The position numbers and the translations under genes were made by a program. Positions 1 through 9,235 of a stretch of DNA of 64,000 nucleotides are shown piece by piece. The stretch comes from a virus, in IMG/VR virus record IMGVR_UViG_3300020548_000009, positions 20,685 through 84,684 of that record; one strand, written 5' to 3'. The notes under the pieces were generated by a model, which was not told the DNA's origin, searched no databases, and saw nothing but the letters and a program-made list of their open reading frames with translations. Numbering within the stretch: position 1 is the first letter of the stretch; each line of letters opens with the position of its first letter.

Positions 1-1
1 A

Positions 2-397
2 ATATCCAAGGGCGACGGCTCTCGTGTTGCATGGGCCCGGATACTCCCAGAAAAAATGTGGGTGTCATTCCCGCGCAAATGGAGGAACGACTTCACCGTC
101 ATCCATCAAATCGCCCATCTGCTCACACCACCGGATGTTCAGGAACACGGAAGAGAGTTTTGCCGAACGTACCTGCATTTAGTACTTGTCATGATGGGCC
201 GGGAAAAGCAAAAACAACTGAAGGCCGCGATGAAGAAACATAACTGTAAGTACTCCAAGAGACACACGCCATACAAAAGACCATTCACTCAGGAGGAAAA
301 GGACGCAATGCTCGCTAGATTGATGAAGAACAACTATGGCAACAAATCACAAATGGAACACGCTGAACATCATGCGCTTTTACGCGCGAATCGGTAA
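2..397 (+). CDS. SprT/Rv0185-like zinc-metallopeptidase-fold protein, 5'-truncated, with HQxxH instead of HExxH
   Basis: Frame open from the window edge. VIHQIAH...HGREF..Y..LV resembles LHELAH...HGPEF. Confidence 0.5.
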   Translation: MSKGDGSRVAWARILPEKMWVSFPRKWRNDFTVIHQIAHLLTPPDVQEHGREFCRTYLHLVLVMMGREKQKQLKAAMKKHNCKYSKRHTPYKRPFTQEEKDAMLARLMKNNYGNKSQMEHAEHHALLRANR

Positions 398-662
398 GCA
401 ATTCAACGCTGATATCTACCTACAGTTCATTGGACCACAGGAAGCATCACACGCAAAGGTCAAAACACTCCCATCACGCTCTGAAATCCTCAATATCATC
501 AGACGACACGTCGAAAATGGTTGGTGTATCAGAGTGGGGAACAATGTGGTGATTACCGACAAGGGGATTGCTGCACTGATGGCGTGGGAAAAACAAAAAT
601 ATCTACGGGAAGCAGAAGTTTCTTCCGAAACACTACGACGGAGAAAATTATTGCAGGACTAG
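336..662 (+). CDS. hypothetical protein, possible winged helix
   Basis: 108-aa ORF with LNIIRRHVENGW...VITDKG wing-like motif. Confidence 0.5.
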   Translation: MATNHKWNTLNIMRFYARIGKQFNADIYLQFIGPQEASHAKVKTLPSRSEILNIIRRHVENGWCIRVGNNVVITDKGIAALMAWEKQKYLREAEVSSETLRRRKLLQD

Positions 663-774
663 GTTACGAAAAAATGGTGTTCCAGCCGATTTGGGTTTAA
701 TTCGCGCCGTTTCTTCAAAAAATTATCGCGCACACACGTGTCGATTTTTTAACCTTTCGCCTAACTAATTGTAC

Positions 775-1329
775 TTATCGCCGTTTTTTCGGCTTCAACG
801 GTCTCTTCCTGACAGTCTTTTTACCGGACTTATTTACTTTCTTCCCATTTGACTTTCCAGATTTTTTGCTCGCTCGTGTGCGAGAGTATGCTACTGTATG
901 CGACAGTGTGCTTGACGTACGGCGTACCGGCACTTTTGGCAGAGTCAAGTGCGGTGCAATCATCTCTGCCAGCGCATCCGTTACCCTCTCATTGACGTAA
1001 TCAATTCCCTTCTTGCGTTCTGAGAACGTACGGGGTGATAACTCTTCCAAGTGTTCTTCTGCGATTTCGTTTATTGCGTTTAGGTGGCAGTGCATAAGTT
1101 CGTGAGCAATCGTGCTTCGCATCACGCTTGGTGACCACTTACGCCAGTCCCGGCATAGCGAGAGTTGTGCGGAGTGTTGTGCGGGGGAGACCAAGATTTC
1201 TGCGAATGCTGTATCGATGCAATAGTTGTTTTCAAACTCGATGTTCCAGTGAGCCAGTTTCATCTCGTTCTGGAGCCTCTTGACATAGTTCTTCAGCCAG
1301 GTCGGGTAAGAGGTTTTCCGTCCAGTCAT
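775..1329 (-). CDS. HExxH metallopeptidase-like protein with Lys/Arg-rich tail
   Basis: TIAHELMHCH plus downstream NERV; TACACT 7 nt before ATG. Confidence 0.6.
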   Translation of the reverse strand: MTGRKTSYPTWLKNYVKRLQNEMKLAHWNIEFENNYCIDTAFAEILVSPAQHSAQLSLCRDWRKWSPSVMRSTIAHELMHCHLNAINEIAEEHLEELSPRTFSERKKGIDYVNERVTDALAEMIAPHLTLPKVPVRRTSSTLSHTVAYSRTRASKKSGKSNGKKVNKSGKKTVRKRPLKPKKRR

Positions 1330-1470
1330 GTGCCTCAGTGTAGGGTCATGCCTTGTGTATCGTTGTGATAGTACCGCGAGTATAGAGTCTATGTATGAAT
1401 CGAATTGTGGGGTTTGAGGATGAGTTCAACAGCCATCGGTAACAGAACGGGCGTCAACAAAGGCACCCAC

Positions 1471-2016
1471 ATGGAGTTCATGATGTTCACGCCCGAGGAG
1501 TGCCAGCACATCGTGGACTGGGCTATCCGGCATGGCTATGCCCAACCTGGCCTTGTCCACCGATATAAGACCGGAGAAGCCGTAGGAACCGATTTAAGGC
1601 GTTGTAAAGAGTATTTGGTAGAACCGGGCGATATTCGCTTTAAAAACGATTCTACGCTCTCTGAGAGGGTTCTGGCGGGGTTTGAGCGTGGAAATGTCTG
1701 GGGCCTGTCCTATACCGGGGTTCCTTCCATCCGAGTACTGGAGTATCAGGCCGGAGACGGGTACGGCTGCCATACCGATTGGTCATACGGTGCAGCACGG
1801 GAGCGCAAGTTGTCCATGACCGTGCAGTTGTCTTCCCACTACCACTACAAGGGCGGGCGGGTTGTGTTGTATGCGGGGCCGCAGGATGACTCCATCTCCG
1901 TTGTTCAGGGGATGGCGACCGTGTGGCCGTCATGGACCCTTCACGAGGTCTTGCCAGTGGAGTCGGGGGTTCGCTATGCCCTAACGACGTGGGCACATGG
2001 AGAGGCGTACCGATAG
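1471..2016 (+). CDS. 2OG-Fe(II) oxygenase (PKHD-like)
   Basis: HTD...KLSMTVQLS..YKGG...PSWTLHEVLPVESGVRYALTTW; start reassigned to ATG 1471. Confidence 0.85.
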   Translation: MEFMMFTPEECQHIVDWAIRHGYAQPGLVHRYKTGEAVGTDLRRCKEYLVEPGDIRFKNDSTLSERVLAGFERGNVWGLSYTGVPSIRVLEYQAGDGYGCHTDWSYGAARERKLSMTVQLSSHYHYKGGRVVLYAGPQDDSISVVQGMATVWPSWTLHEVLPVESGVRYALTTWAHGEAYR

Positions 2017-2041
2017 CGTTTGAGGTGAGAGAGGAAAACTT

Positions 2042-2332
2042 ATGGCAAACAAAAAACAGCATGGCACGTTAGGCAAAATCTCAATCAAAGGACAACTGAC
2101 TGATTGTGTTTACGTGATTTGGCATACCAGGGACCCAAGGAAGACTTGGTTCGTGAATGCAAAATCTAAAGACGGCTTTTTTAGATGCAGACTCAAATCA
2201 CTTATTGACCGGCGTCCTCATGAAGTGAACAGCGGGTTCACTCAGGATGCGTGGTCGTACGAGATTGTCGACGAAGATACGTTTTTGCAGATTCAAAGGG
2301 GTGGCGTTCCGATACCACCCAGGGACTTGTAA
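2042..2332 (+). CDS. hypothetical protein
   Basis: 96-aa ORF with GAGG SD upstream. Confidence 0.6.
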   Translation: MANKKQHGTLGKISIKGQLTDCVYVIWHTRDPRKTWFVNAKSKDGFFRCRLKSLIDRRPHEVNSGFTQDAWSYEIVDEDTFLQIQRGGVPIPPRDL

Positions 2333-2333
2333 C

Positions 2334-2546
2334 TCAGTAGTCGTCGCGTTCTTCGCGGCGCTTTTTTTCTGCCCAGAGGCGCAGTCTCTTGAGGTGTGGG
2401 TTGTAAGACTCATACAAATCGCGCATTGAGGTTTTATATGCCTTGCCTGCGTAGTCAAAGCCCATTTGCTTGATTGCACTGTTGTACTCATTGAGTATCC
2501 GCATTCTCTTGGAGATTGGCGGGTGTGTGACTGTCTCGTCGTTCAT
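2334..2546 (-). CDS. hypothetical protein
   Basis: 70-aa ORF, TAGTAT 6 nt upstream of ATG. Confidence 0.55.
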   Translation of the reverse strand: MNDETVTHPPISKRMRILNEYNSAIKQMGFDYAGKAYKTSMRDLYESYNPHLKRLRLWAEKKRREERDDY

Positions 2547-2588
2547 ACCGTAATACTACCGGGGTAGCAAAATGATGTTCGGGGTTTC

Positions 2589-2804
2589 TTAGTCTTCTTG
2601 GCTTCTACGCTGACTCTTGGTCAACTTCTTCTTTTTCCCGACGGGGCCGTGAAGGTCGTGGGTGCGTAGTGGGTCTCCGTAAGAAAGTCGCGTCCGGCGT
2701 TTTCCGGCTTTTGTTCCGGGAACAATCTCGGTCTTTCCGGTCAGGTAGTTGAAGCGTTCGCGCTGTTGTGCGCCGCGGGCGACCTTCTTATTCTTCTTAC
2801 CCAT
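2589..2804 (-). CDS. small basic protein
   Basis: 71 aa, K/R-rich, directly after the AdoMetDC-like gene. Confidence 0.6.
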   Translation of the reverse strand: MGKKNKKVARGAQQRERFNYLTGKTEIVPGTKAGKRRTRLSYGDPLRTHDLHGPVGKKKKLTKSQRRSQED

Positions 2805-2806
2805 GA

Positions 2807-3196
2807 CTACACGCGCTGGCCTGTTTTCTCAATCACGAAGCCATCTTCGCGGTTCAGTACGACATAGTGATAATCGACCAAGTCAAAGTACTTTTCGCAT
2901 GCTTCAAGTACTGCGTCGGTTGGGAGTGTTGAGCATGTGTAGAGGTCAAATTGCACGCGCGCCGGAACTTCTTCATCCCACACGTGAAATGCGATGTGAG
3001 AAGTTTCAATGCACACTGCTGCAGTGATGCCGCGGTTGCCTTCTGCTTCTACGTAGTGAGCATGAGGACCTGTAACAATCTTCATGCCGATATTGCTAAC
3101 TAATTCAGTCAACCAAGCCTTGACTGATTCGACGTCGCGCGGTGGCTGATAAGCCTGACCGTTCATCAAAAGGTGGTTGTGCAAGATTTTTGTCAT
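2807..3196 (-). CDS. speD: S-adenosylmethionine decarboxylase-family pyruvoyl enzyme
   Basis: GITAAVCIETSHIAFHVWDE...QFDLYTCS matches the class 1b AdoMetDC pattern (SH.SIHTWPE...D.FTC). Confidence 0.8.
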   Translation of the reverse strand: MTKILHNHLLMNGQAYQPPRDVESVKAWLTELVSNIGMKIVTGPHAHYVEAEGNRGITAAVCIETSHIAFHVWDEEVPARVQFDLYTCSTLPTDAVLEACEKYFDLVDYHYVVLNREDGFVIEKTGQRV

Positions 3197-3659
3197 GGGC
3201 TACTTTCTTGATAAATGCAATATCTTCTGGATGGACAATATAGTCGACAATGTTCCTATACCTCAAGAAGGATGCCCTGATGTTCCACGTCCTTTTGTTT
3301 TCGATTCCCCAAAAGCGTCCGACTATCGCCCTGACCTGTTCTGGGAATCCACCCCAAATCCCTTGTGGCTCAAACTCCAGGGAGTACAAAAAGCACTCTT
3401 GGCGGATAGGGCAAGAGCGGCACATCTCAATGGCTTCTCTTCGCTTTGACACTTGGTCTTTTGTGTAGTGCCCGTTCACCTGAGAGGGGAAGAACATTGA
3501 GGTGTCTTGACCTTCGCAGGCGCCGCCGCGCGGCGCTTTCTGATTTCCTTCAACCAGATATTTGTTGTTCTGAAGAAACAGGTCTTGCGGTACCTGCATT
3601 CGAAACTTTGGGTCCGGGCTAAATGCTCCGTTTTCGCGCATTCGATTTTGTGTGGTCAT
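3105..3659 (-). CDS. whiB: WhiB-family Fe-S transcriptional regulator
   Basis: AC...FFP...CRSCPIRQEC...GIWGG with four Cys. Confidence 0.9.
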   Translation of the reverse strand: MTTQNRMRENGAFSPDPKFRMQVPQDLFLQNNKYLVEGNQKAPRGGACEGQDTSMFFPSQVNGHYTKDQVSKRREAIEMCRSCPIRQECFLYSLEFEPQGIWGGFPEQVRAIVGRFWGIENKRTWNIRASFLRYRNIVDYIVHPEDIAFIKKVAHDKNLAQPPFDERSGLSATARRRISQGLVD

Positions 3660-3886
3660 TATTCTTCTTCCTTATCGTTGGATTGTTGGCCATTACCATA
3701 CGACCATGTATGTCGTTCTTCCAACATCAATACGGCAATTTTGAACACGACATCTTCTTCGTCGGTAAAGATTCCGTTTGATGTGCAGAGATGATGTATT
3801 TCCTGGCTTCTCAGCATCTGGCACTCACTGGGGTCAAGTGAGTGGCGCTGGAGAGTGTGAGTTAGTACAACCGCCGAGGCGTACAT
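3659..3886 (-). CDS. hypothetical protein (start uncertain)
   Basis: Stop overlaps the whiB ATG (TAATG). Confidence 0.45.
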   Translation of the reverse strand: MYASAVVLTHTLQRHSLDPSECQMLRSQEIHHLCTSNGIFTDEEDVVFKIAVLMLEERHTWSYGNGQQSNDKEEE

Positions 3887-4140
3887 GCGCTGCCAGTATT
3901 TCGCGCTGCCGCCTTCAGAACTAAAGGGGATACCACCCTCTTTGAATACAAATCGATGACGTTGTCCCAAGTTTCTTCTGATGGTGCGGGGAATCCTGCT
4001 TCGTTGGCAATTTTCGCACGGTACTTGATTGACATATTTTTTACATTGAATAAGTGAAGTCCGAGTTGTTCAATTCGGTCAACAATTCTTACTGCCTTGT
4101 AGAATCGGTTTTGACGCCGATATGGGTTTGGTTCAGTCAC
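3862..4140 (-). CDS. hypothetical protein
   Basis: GTG at 4140 overlaps the end of the upstream gene (GTGACTGA). Confidence 0.5.
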   Translation of the reverse strand: MTEPNPYRRQNRFYKAVRIVDRIEQLGLHLFNVKNMSIKYRAKIANEAGFPAPSEETWDNVIDLYSKRVVSPLVLKAAARNTGSACTPRRLY

Positions 4141-4330
4141 TGAATGGGACTTCCTTTCGTAACGCCCATACGCTAGTGCTTGACTTTGGCTTCTCAAAAT
4201 CCTTTGTCTTGTTTTTCAATTCCTCGTGCTCAGCCAAGAGAGCGCCGAAAGATAGAGAAACTACCGCAAGCATTGACATCAATAAAATTGCGCCGAACCA
4301 TCCAAGGATGGCAGCAACCATCCAAAACAT
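4133..4330 (-). CDS. small membrane protein
   Basis: N-terminal hydrophobic helix; GGAG SD. Confidence 0.55.
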   Translation of the reverse strand: MFWMVAAILGWFGAILLMSMLAVVSLSFGALLAEHEELKNKTKDFEKPKSSTSVWALRKEVPFSD

Positions 4331-4332
4331 AT

Positions 4333-4617
4333 TTACTCCAGAGGTGCGCGACCACCAGCAACGATTTTGCGGGCAAGCGCAACCATCTGCTGGATGAGTG
4401 GCTTTGATACGGTGAGTTCGCCAGCCATTTCAGAGTAAGAAAGTCCTTCTGCGTCTGCTCCGCCAAATTCGCATGACTCTTTGATTGCAAGAGCGCGCTG
4501 CTCGATGATGTTGCGACGGATTTCTGCAACTGCAGGGAGAAGTTCAAAATGAAGAACGCGAGCGCGCTCGACTGGGTCAGAAATCTTTGTGACCTCTTTT
4601 AGTTTGTTCTCAATCAT
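4333..4617 (-). CDS. HTH DNA-binding protein
   Basis: GLSYSEMAGELTVSKPLIQQMV helix-turn-helix; GGAG..AGGA SD. Confidence 0.7.
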   Translation of the reverse strand: MIENKLKEVTKISDPVERARVLHFELLPAVAEIRRNIIEQRALAIKESCEFGGADAEGLSYSEMAGELTVSKPLIQQMVALARKIVAGGRAPLE

Positions 4618-4620
4618 GTC

Positions 4621-4995
4621 CTACTCCAACTCGATAATTTCTATAGTCGCCTTACTCTCGCCAGAGATGACCGGCGCCTCGAATATCAGTCTACGCACAG
4701 TATCCGGTCCATCGCCAGTAAGGATGCCGGCATCTACGAGCCCGTCAATCATGGCTTTTGCTACTGGGAAGTGCCCACCAGTGTCTGCTAGGCCCCGTTT
4801 GTTCACACGGTGGGGGGTGAAGCGGACCTCGATTGCCGTCATCTTGGGAATCTTGCGGGCAATGGCAGACACGCAGGCGGCCTCACGCCATTCCTTGACC
4901 TTCTTGGCGCGGGTGAAGTGATGAAGCGTGCGTTCTTTGTTGAGGGTCCACATTTCACCCCAAACCTCAAGCGTGTAGGTCTTTGGCTTCTTCAT
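4621..4995 (-). CDS. rusA: RusA-like Holliday junction resolvase
   Basis: D....P.AK..IDGLVDAGIL..D...V pattern; ATGA-coupled to the CmoA-like gene. Confidence 0.75.
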   Translation of the reverse strand: MKKPKTYTLEVWGEMWTLNKERTLHHFTRAKKVKEWREAACVSAIARKIPKMTAIEVRFTPHRVNKRGLADTGGHFPVAKAMIDGLVDAGILTGDGPDTVRRLIFEAPVISGESKATIEIIELE

Positions 4996-5711
4996 TTGAA
5001 TGCCACCCAACCAGCAAAGTTCAGGCACTGCCAGAAACGCTGCACATTGGTGAACCCAGCGTCTTTGAGCATCTGCTCGTTTTCTGAACCACGCAACGGG
5101 ACGAGCACACCCTGAAGTGCCTTTCTCTTTTCCTCTATCTGTTCTTGTGTATAACCTTTATCGGCTTTGAATGTGTGATAAATGTCAACCAACAAATCCT
5201 GACAAAGCGGTGTCTCGCCAAGTATCTTCTCCACGAGAATAAACGCACCATTTAAGGACAAACCATTATGCACTTGCTGATAGAAGTTTTGGCGAATATC
5301 AAGGTGAATGAATTGCGCGGTGAGTACCGACGTGATAAGCGAGTATTCGAGGGGCCGTATCTCGATATCGCTGACATCCGCACAAACAAAACGAACGTTG
5401 TTAAAGTTCCCAAAAAGTTTAGTAGCAGCGTCAATCATGGGCTGACTGGAGTCGACACCAACAGCGGTAGCCGGAACGTCGGCAGGAAGAGCGTCAAGGA
5501 TTTGGTAGATAGTTTCACCACGGCTGCAACCAATATCCAAAAAATTTGACACGTTCGCTGAGCAGAGAATCGGCGCAGCAACTCGCACAACAGAATCGCG
5601 CATGGTCTGATACCCAGGGATTGACCTAGAAATCATGTCGTCAAATACTTTTGTTACGCCTTCATCAAAGGCCCACTTGCCAGTTGGCTTGTAGTTATCG
5701 CGCTCGCTCAT
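4992..5711 (-). CDS. cmoA: CmoA-like carboxy-S-adenosylmethionine synthase
   Basis: WAFDE.V..VFDDMISRSIPGY, DIGCSRG, LVEK, KRKALQGVL, WQCLNF match CmoA along its whole length. Confidence 0.8.
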   Translation of the reverse strand: MSERDNYKPTGKWAFDEGVTKVFDDMISRSIPGYQTMRDSVVRVAAPILCSANVSNFLDIGCSRGETIYQILDALPADVPATAVGVDSSQPMIDAATKLFGNFNNVRFVCADVSDIEIRPLEYSLITSVLTAQFIHLDIRQNFYQQVHNGLSLNGAFILVEKILGETPLCQDLLVDIYHTFKADKGYTQEQIEEKRKALQGVLVPLRGSENEQMLKDAGFTNVQRFWQCLNFAGWVAFK

Positions 5712-7255
5712 AACTTCATTCCCAAGCGCTTGGAAAATGCTGCCTTTGCCTCTTCTGCCATTCCGAGTCGGCGTCCTTCTGGATGCGGGACATTGAACTC
5801 AAACTCAATAGCGGCGCGCAATTCGTCTTCCCCAATTTGCCTAGCGTTAAACCCGACTGCCTGCACCAGTCCGTTCTTTGCGGTCAAGAACGTAAGAACC
5901 TGTTTATAGCCGTGAGAGATAAGAGCACCAAACTCTGTTTCGGTGTGGTACTTCTGGACCTTTGGCTTTAGCGCTATATCGGAGATGATGATGCGTGGCT
6001 CATAATCAAGGGCAAATCCGTTGCTTGATGTGTCGTGACCCTTCTTTAAATCACCACGAGTGTGATTGAACCAGCGGTCTGACTCCGTGCAGATTGCGGC
6101 TGTATGGAGTTTTGTATGCGGCGAAGATAGGGCGGCAACGATTGCGATGACGTGTTTACGGTCCTGGAGAAACGGAATGCTATTGAATACCGAGGCAATG
6201 AAGATGCTGTCCCATTCCGTACCGTCAGCCACGCGTTCTAGGAATTTTGCTGTTAGTTCGCGCGCTGCGTCGGTATCAATAGTTTCGTTATCTTTTGCAA
6301 GGAAGAATGGCTCAAATGCAACCGCATCCACTCCCATGTTCTTGAGAATCTCTGTTTTATCGCAAAGGCCTGCACCGAAGTCGATGACATGATTGCCGTA
6401 GTAGTCCTTCCACAACTCAACGTGACGTGGATTGTTTAGGTCAAATGCGCCGTTGCGATTGCCGGAGTTGATGAAGTGGCGGAGAAAGTCCTCCAAGAAC
6501 GTCGGGGTGAGAATCTGGACTCGCTGATTCTTGCGCCGGAAAGAGTTGTAGCGCAGAAGGTCTTCGTAGCGCTCTTGAATGTTGTAGTCCATTGTGAGAA
6601 GGTTCAGCATCGCACGAACTTCTTCGGCAATTTCTGGCGCCACCTGAACCGTCTGTACGGTGTCTTCGTTTACCGATATCGCGTAGGTCAATCGAGCGAG
6701 GCCATTGAGAACCTTGTAATCAGTTGTGCAGATAACGGGCATTTGCGGGAGGCCGTTTGTCTTCAACTGGGCTGCCATTGCAACTGCGTGTTGTTCTGGC
6801 CATTTGCCGTTTAGTTGGATGAGCCTGAGCGTAGAGACTGGCTTGGTCTTCAGTACTGGATACCATTCCGGAGAATCAACAGGGATGTCCGGGAGCATCT
6901 TGATTTTCTCAAGGTCTCCAAGTTTTGTCATCAGGTCATCTTTGAGTTCTGTGGTCGAACGGGTTTTGTACATGTCGTTCGTGGCGCGGTTGTATAAAAC
7001 GTTGATTCCCATGCGTCGCTCAATCTTGAACGTGGGCACCCGCACAACGGGAACCATCGTGGCTCCCATGTTCGTAGCAACCATGTGGCGCTGGTGACCA
7101 CTGAGAATCTCGCCATCTTTGTCTGCGTAGATGGGCAGCAGCCAGCCAAACTTACGCAGCGATAATTCGACAAGTTCCAGCCTCTCTGCATCCGCTTTGC
7201 GCGGGTTGTATGCAGATGGCCTTAAGTCTGTTACTGGCGTAAGAACTGGCTTCAT
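5708..7255 (-). CDS. ParB/Srx domains fused to a class I SAM-dependent methyltransferase-like domain
   Basis: N-term YNPRK...SLRKFGWLLPI...ILSGHQR, second ParB-like VLNGLARL; C-term VIDFGAG...FEPF...WDSIFIASVFNSIP. Confidence 0.75.
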   Translation of the reverse strand: MKPVLTPVTDLRPSAYNPRKADAERLELVELSLRKFGWLLPIYADKDGEILSGHQRHMVATNMGATMVPVVRVPTFKIERRMGINVLYNRATNDMYKTRSTTELKDDLMTKLGDLEKIKMLPDIPVDSPEWYPVLKTKPVSTLRLIQLNGKWPEQHAVAMAAQLKTNGLPQMPVICTTDYKVLNGLARLTYAISVNEDTVQTVQVAPEIAEEVRAMLNLLTMDYNIQERYEDLLRYNSFRRKNQRVQILTPTFLEDFLRHFINSGNRNGAFDLNNPRHVELWKDYYGNHVIDFGAGLCDKTEILKNMGVDAVAFEPFFLAKDNETIDTDAARELTAKFLERVADGTEWDSIFIASVFNSIPFLQDRKHVIAIVAALSSPHTKLHTAAICTESDRWFNHTRGDLKKGHDTSSNGFALDYEPRIIISDIALKPKVQKYHTETEFGALISHGYKQVLTFLTAKNGLVQAVGFNARQIGEDELRAAIEFEFNVPHPEGRRLGMAEEAKAAFSKRLGMKL

Positions 7256-8574
7256 TATTCTCCGTTTGCTCTACGCGGGCTGACTTTCTTTGAGCGTCGC
7301 TGTCGTGTAGAAACCCATGCATCGTTCTGAATATCAAGAAGAGAGACGATTCCTGCGCATACTTCGTCGTATGAGTATCCAAACTCAACGAACATTGCCT
7401 CTTCCCAATCCTCGTAAAAGTTCGGCGCCATCTTGAATTCCCACTTACCGATAATCGCAGTCACGTTTCTTGGCTTGTCGTTCTTTTCCTTAACCGGCTT
7501 TTCTTTGATGCCCCAACCGGCGACCTCATGCATCAGTTCATCTAGGTCATCTCCTGTGTATCCAGTTCCGTCAAACACCGGGAGGGACTGAAGAATCTCT
7601 GCAAGTTCTACGTGGTCGTACGAGCCAAGGTCGGCAGTTTTGTTATCAACCAGGACAATCTTTGCCGCAGATTCTTCATCACAGTCAACAAATGTTGTGG
7701 CGATTTGCTTCCAGCCAAGCATCTTGGCGGCTTTCCATGTGTGATTGCCAACGAGAATCGAGTTATCTCGCTTGTTCACCACAATTGGCCTGAACTGACC
7801 GTTCTTGCTCAGAGACTCTGCAATAAGGCCGATATCGCCCTGTCGTGCATTCATCGGGTATGGGAAAACACTGTTGATATCCACGTTCTCAGTGGACAGC
7901 ATGACTGAGTGCATTTGCTGCCTGTCGATGTTGCGCTTTTGACGCTTGGGCTTTGATTTTTCCGGCGGCAAATGATTCACATCCGAAAGACGCAAACGCT
8001 TCTTGAGTTCCACAAGAACCTTGTCCTCATCTCCAACCTTTCCAATAAGGTCATCTGCCCAATCGGAATAAACATCGTCATCCACAAGAATTCTGTAACT
8101 GCCCACGCAAACGCGAATCTCTTTGCCGACAGCGCCTGTTCTATCCCGATTCGGCGCTTCGAATTCTCCGTCACCACTAATCAGCGCCTCAAGTTGGTCG
8201 AGGTCAACTTGCTGGAATCCAGTTCCCTCCAAGGTTGAAAGCGACTGAAGAAGGTCAAGCAATTTTGAATCGTCGTATGACGACATGTCGGATGTTCTGT
8301 TGTCTGCAAGGACAATCTTCTGTGCACCGTAGTCGTCCACGTCCACAAACGAAGCAGAGATGTGAGTCCACCCAAGGCTTCTAGCGGCTCTCCATGTGTG
8401 GTTTCCGGCAAGAATCGTGTTATCGCGCTTGTTGACGACAATCGGCTTGTATTGTCCGTTGACCTGCAGCGATTGAGCAATAGCCTCAACATCTCCACGC
8501 CGTGGATTCTTTGGGTATGGCTTTACGCTGGTGATTTCAACAACTTCAGTATTTACCTTGATATTGTCCGACAT
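7255..8574 (-). CDS. protein with two tandem ParB/Srx domains
   Basis: Two repeats of PYP.N.R.GD...IA.SL..NGQ..PIVVNKRDN.IL.GNHTW.AA..LGW...KIVL.DN. Confidence 0.85.
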   Translation of the reverse strand: MSDNIKVNTEVVEITSVKPYPKNPRRGDVEAIAQSLQVNGQYKPIVVNKRDNTILAGNHTWRAARSLGWTHISASFVDVDDYGAQKIVLADNRTSDMSSYDDSKLLDLLQSLSTLEGTGFQQVDLDQLEALISGDGEFEAPNRDRTGAVGKEIRVCVGSYRILVDDDVYSDWADDLIGKVGDEDKVLVELKKRLRLSDVNHLPPEKSKPKRQKRNIDRQQMHSVMLSTENVDINSVFPYPMNARQGDIGLIAESLSKNGQFRPIVVNKRDNSILVGNHTWKAAKMLGWKQIATTFVDCDEESAAKIVLVDNKTADLGSYDHVELAEILQSLPVFDGTGYTGDDLDELMHEVAGWGIKEKPVKEKNDKPRNVTAIIGKWEFKMAPNFYEDWEEAMFVEFGYSYDEVCAGIVSLLDIQNDAWVSTRQRRSKKVSPRRANGE

Positions 8575-8597
8575 GCGGACAAGTATAGTTCAGGTAT

Positions 8598-8945
8598 TTA
8601 CTTGGGAGCGGACAGCCCTGCTCGTATCTCAGCGATGATTGCAGAGATTCTTTGCCTGTCCTCTTCGGTTTCGGGCTTCTCAAGCGCCTTACGCTCTGAG
8701 TCACGACGCTCTTTTTCGAGCCAAATTCGATGTTCATGAAGGGGCGCGATTGCTTCCCTAAATTCAGCCCAAGATGGGAAGAATTTGCTGTGGTCTTCAA
8801 TCTTCTTTACTGCGCGTCGCGCATCCTCAAAATGGAATATTTCCAGATTTTGTTCCCAACGACGAACCTCTTCTACTACAAGATTCTTTGAAGGAAAACA
8901 AATGTTGAGTTCCGCGATAATTGCGTCTGCTTGGTCAGGTGTCAT
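8598..8945 (-). CDS. replicative helicase loader/inhibitor (G39P-like)
   Basis: MT..QA..II..L...FP...W...L...F.DA..AV...KFFPS.AE; lies downstream of the initiator. Confidence 0.65.
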   Translation of the reverse strand: MTPDQADAIIAELNICFPSKNLVVEEVRRWEQNLEIFHFEDARRAVKKIEDHSKFFPSWAEFREAIAPLHEHRIWLEKERRDSERKALEKPETEEDRQRISAIIAEIRAGLSAPK

Positions 8946-9235
8946 TTTGTGTAACTGTTTCTCCATTGGCTTGGCGAATGAGCATCCTCAACCGCCTTTT
9001 TGTGGGTGTCATCTTGGTAGAGGCGAATCATATGCATGCATGGGTCATTGGATTCAAACTCCTCAATTTCGTCTTCCGACATTGGCAGTCCATCGTGGGT
9101 ATAGCAGACCGGAGGACCGCACCAACCGCGGCTGATACCAAAGGCCATCCAATCGTCAAACGATGTTTCGCCAGGGATTGGATTTCTACCAACTCCTAGG
9201 TAATTCTTTTCGGGGTCATAAAATGACTCAGACAT
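8942..9235 (-). CDS. hypothetical phage protein
   Basis: GWCGPPVCYTHDGLP...DPCMH, possible Cys/His metal site; coupled to neighbours. Confidence 0.6.
   Translation of the reverse strand: MSESFYDPEKNYLGVGRNPIPGETSFDDWMAFGISRGWCGPPVCYTHDGLPMSEDEIEEFESNDPCMHMIRLYQDDTHKKAVEDAHSPSQWRNSYTK

Noticed and set aside
663-774. Possible origin or genome terminus between convergent genes
   Set aside because: AT-rich runs only; no iterons or convincing repeats.
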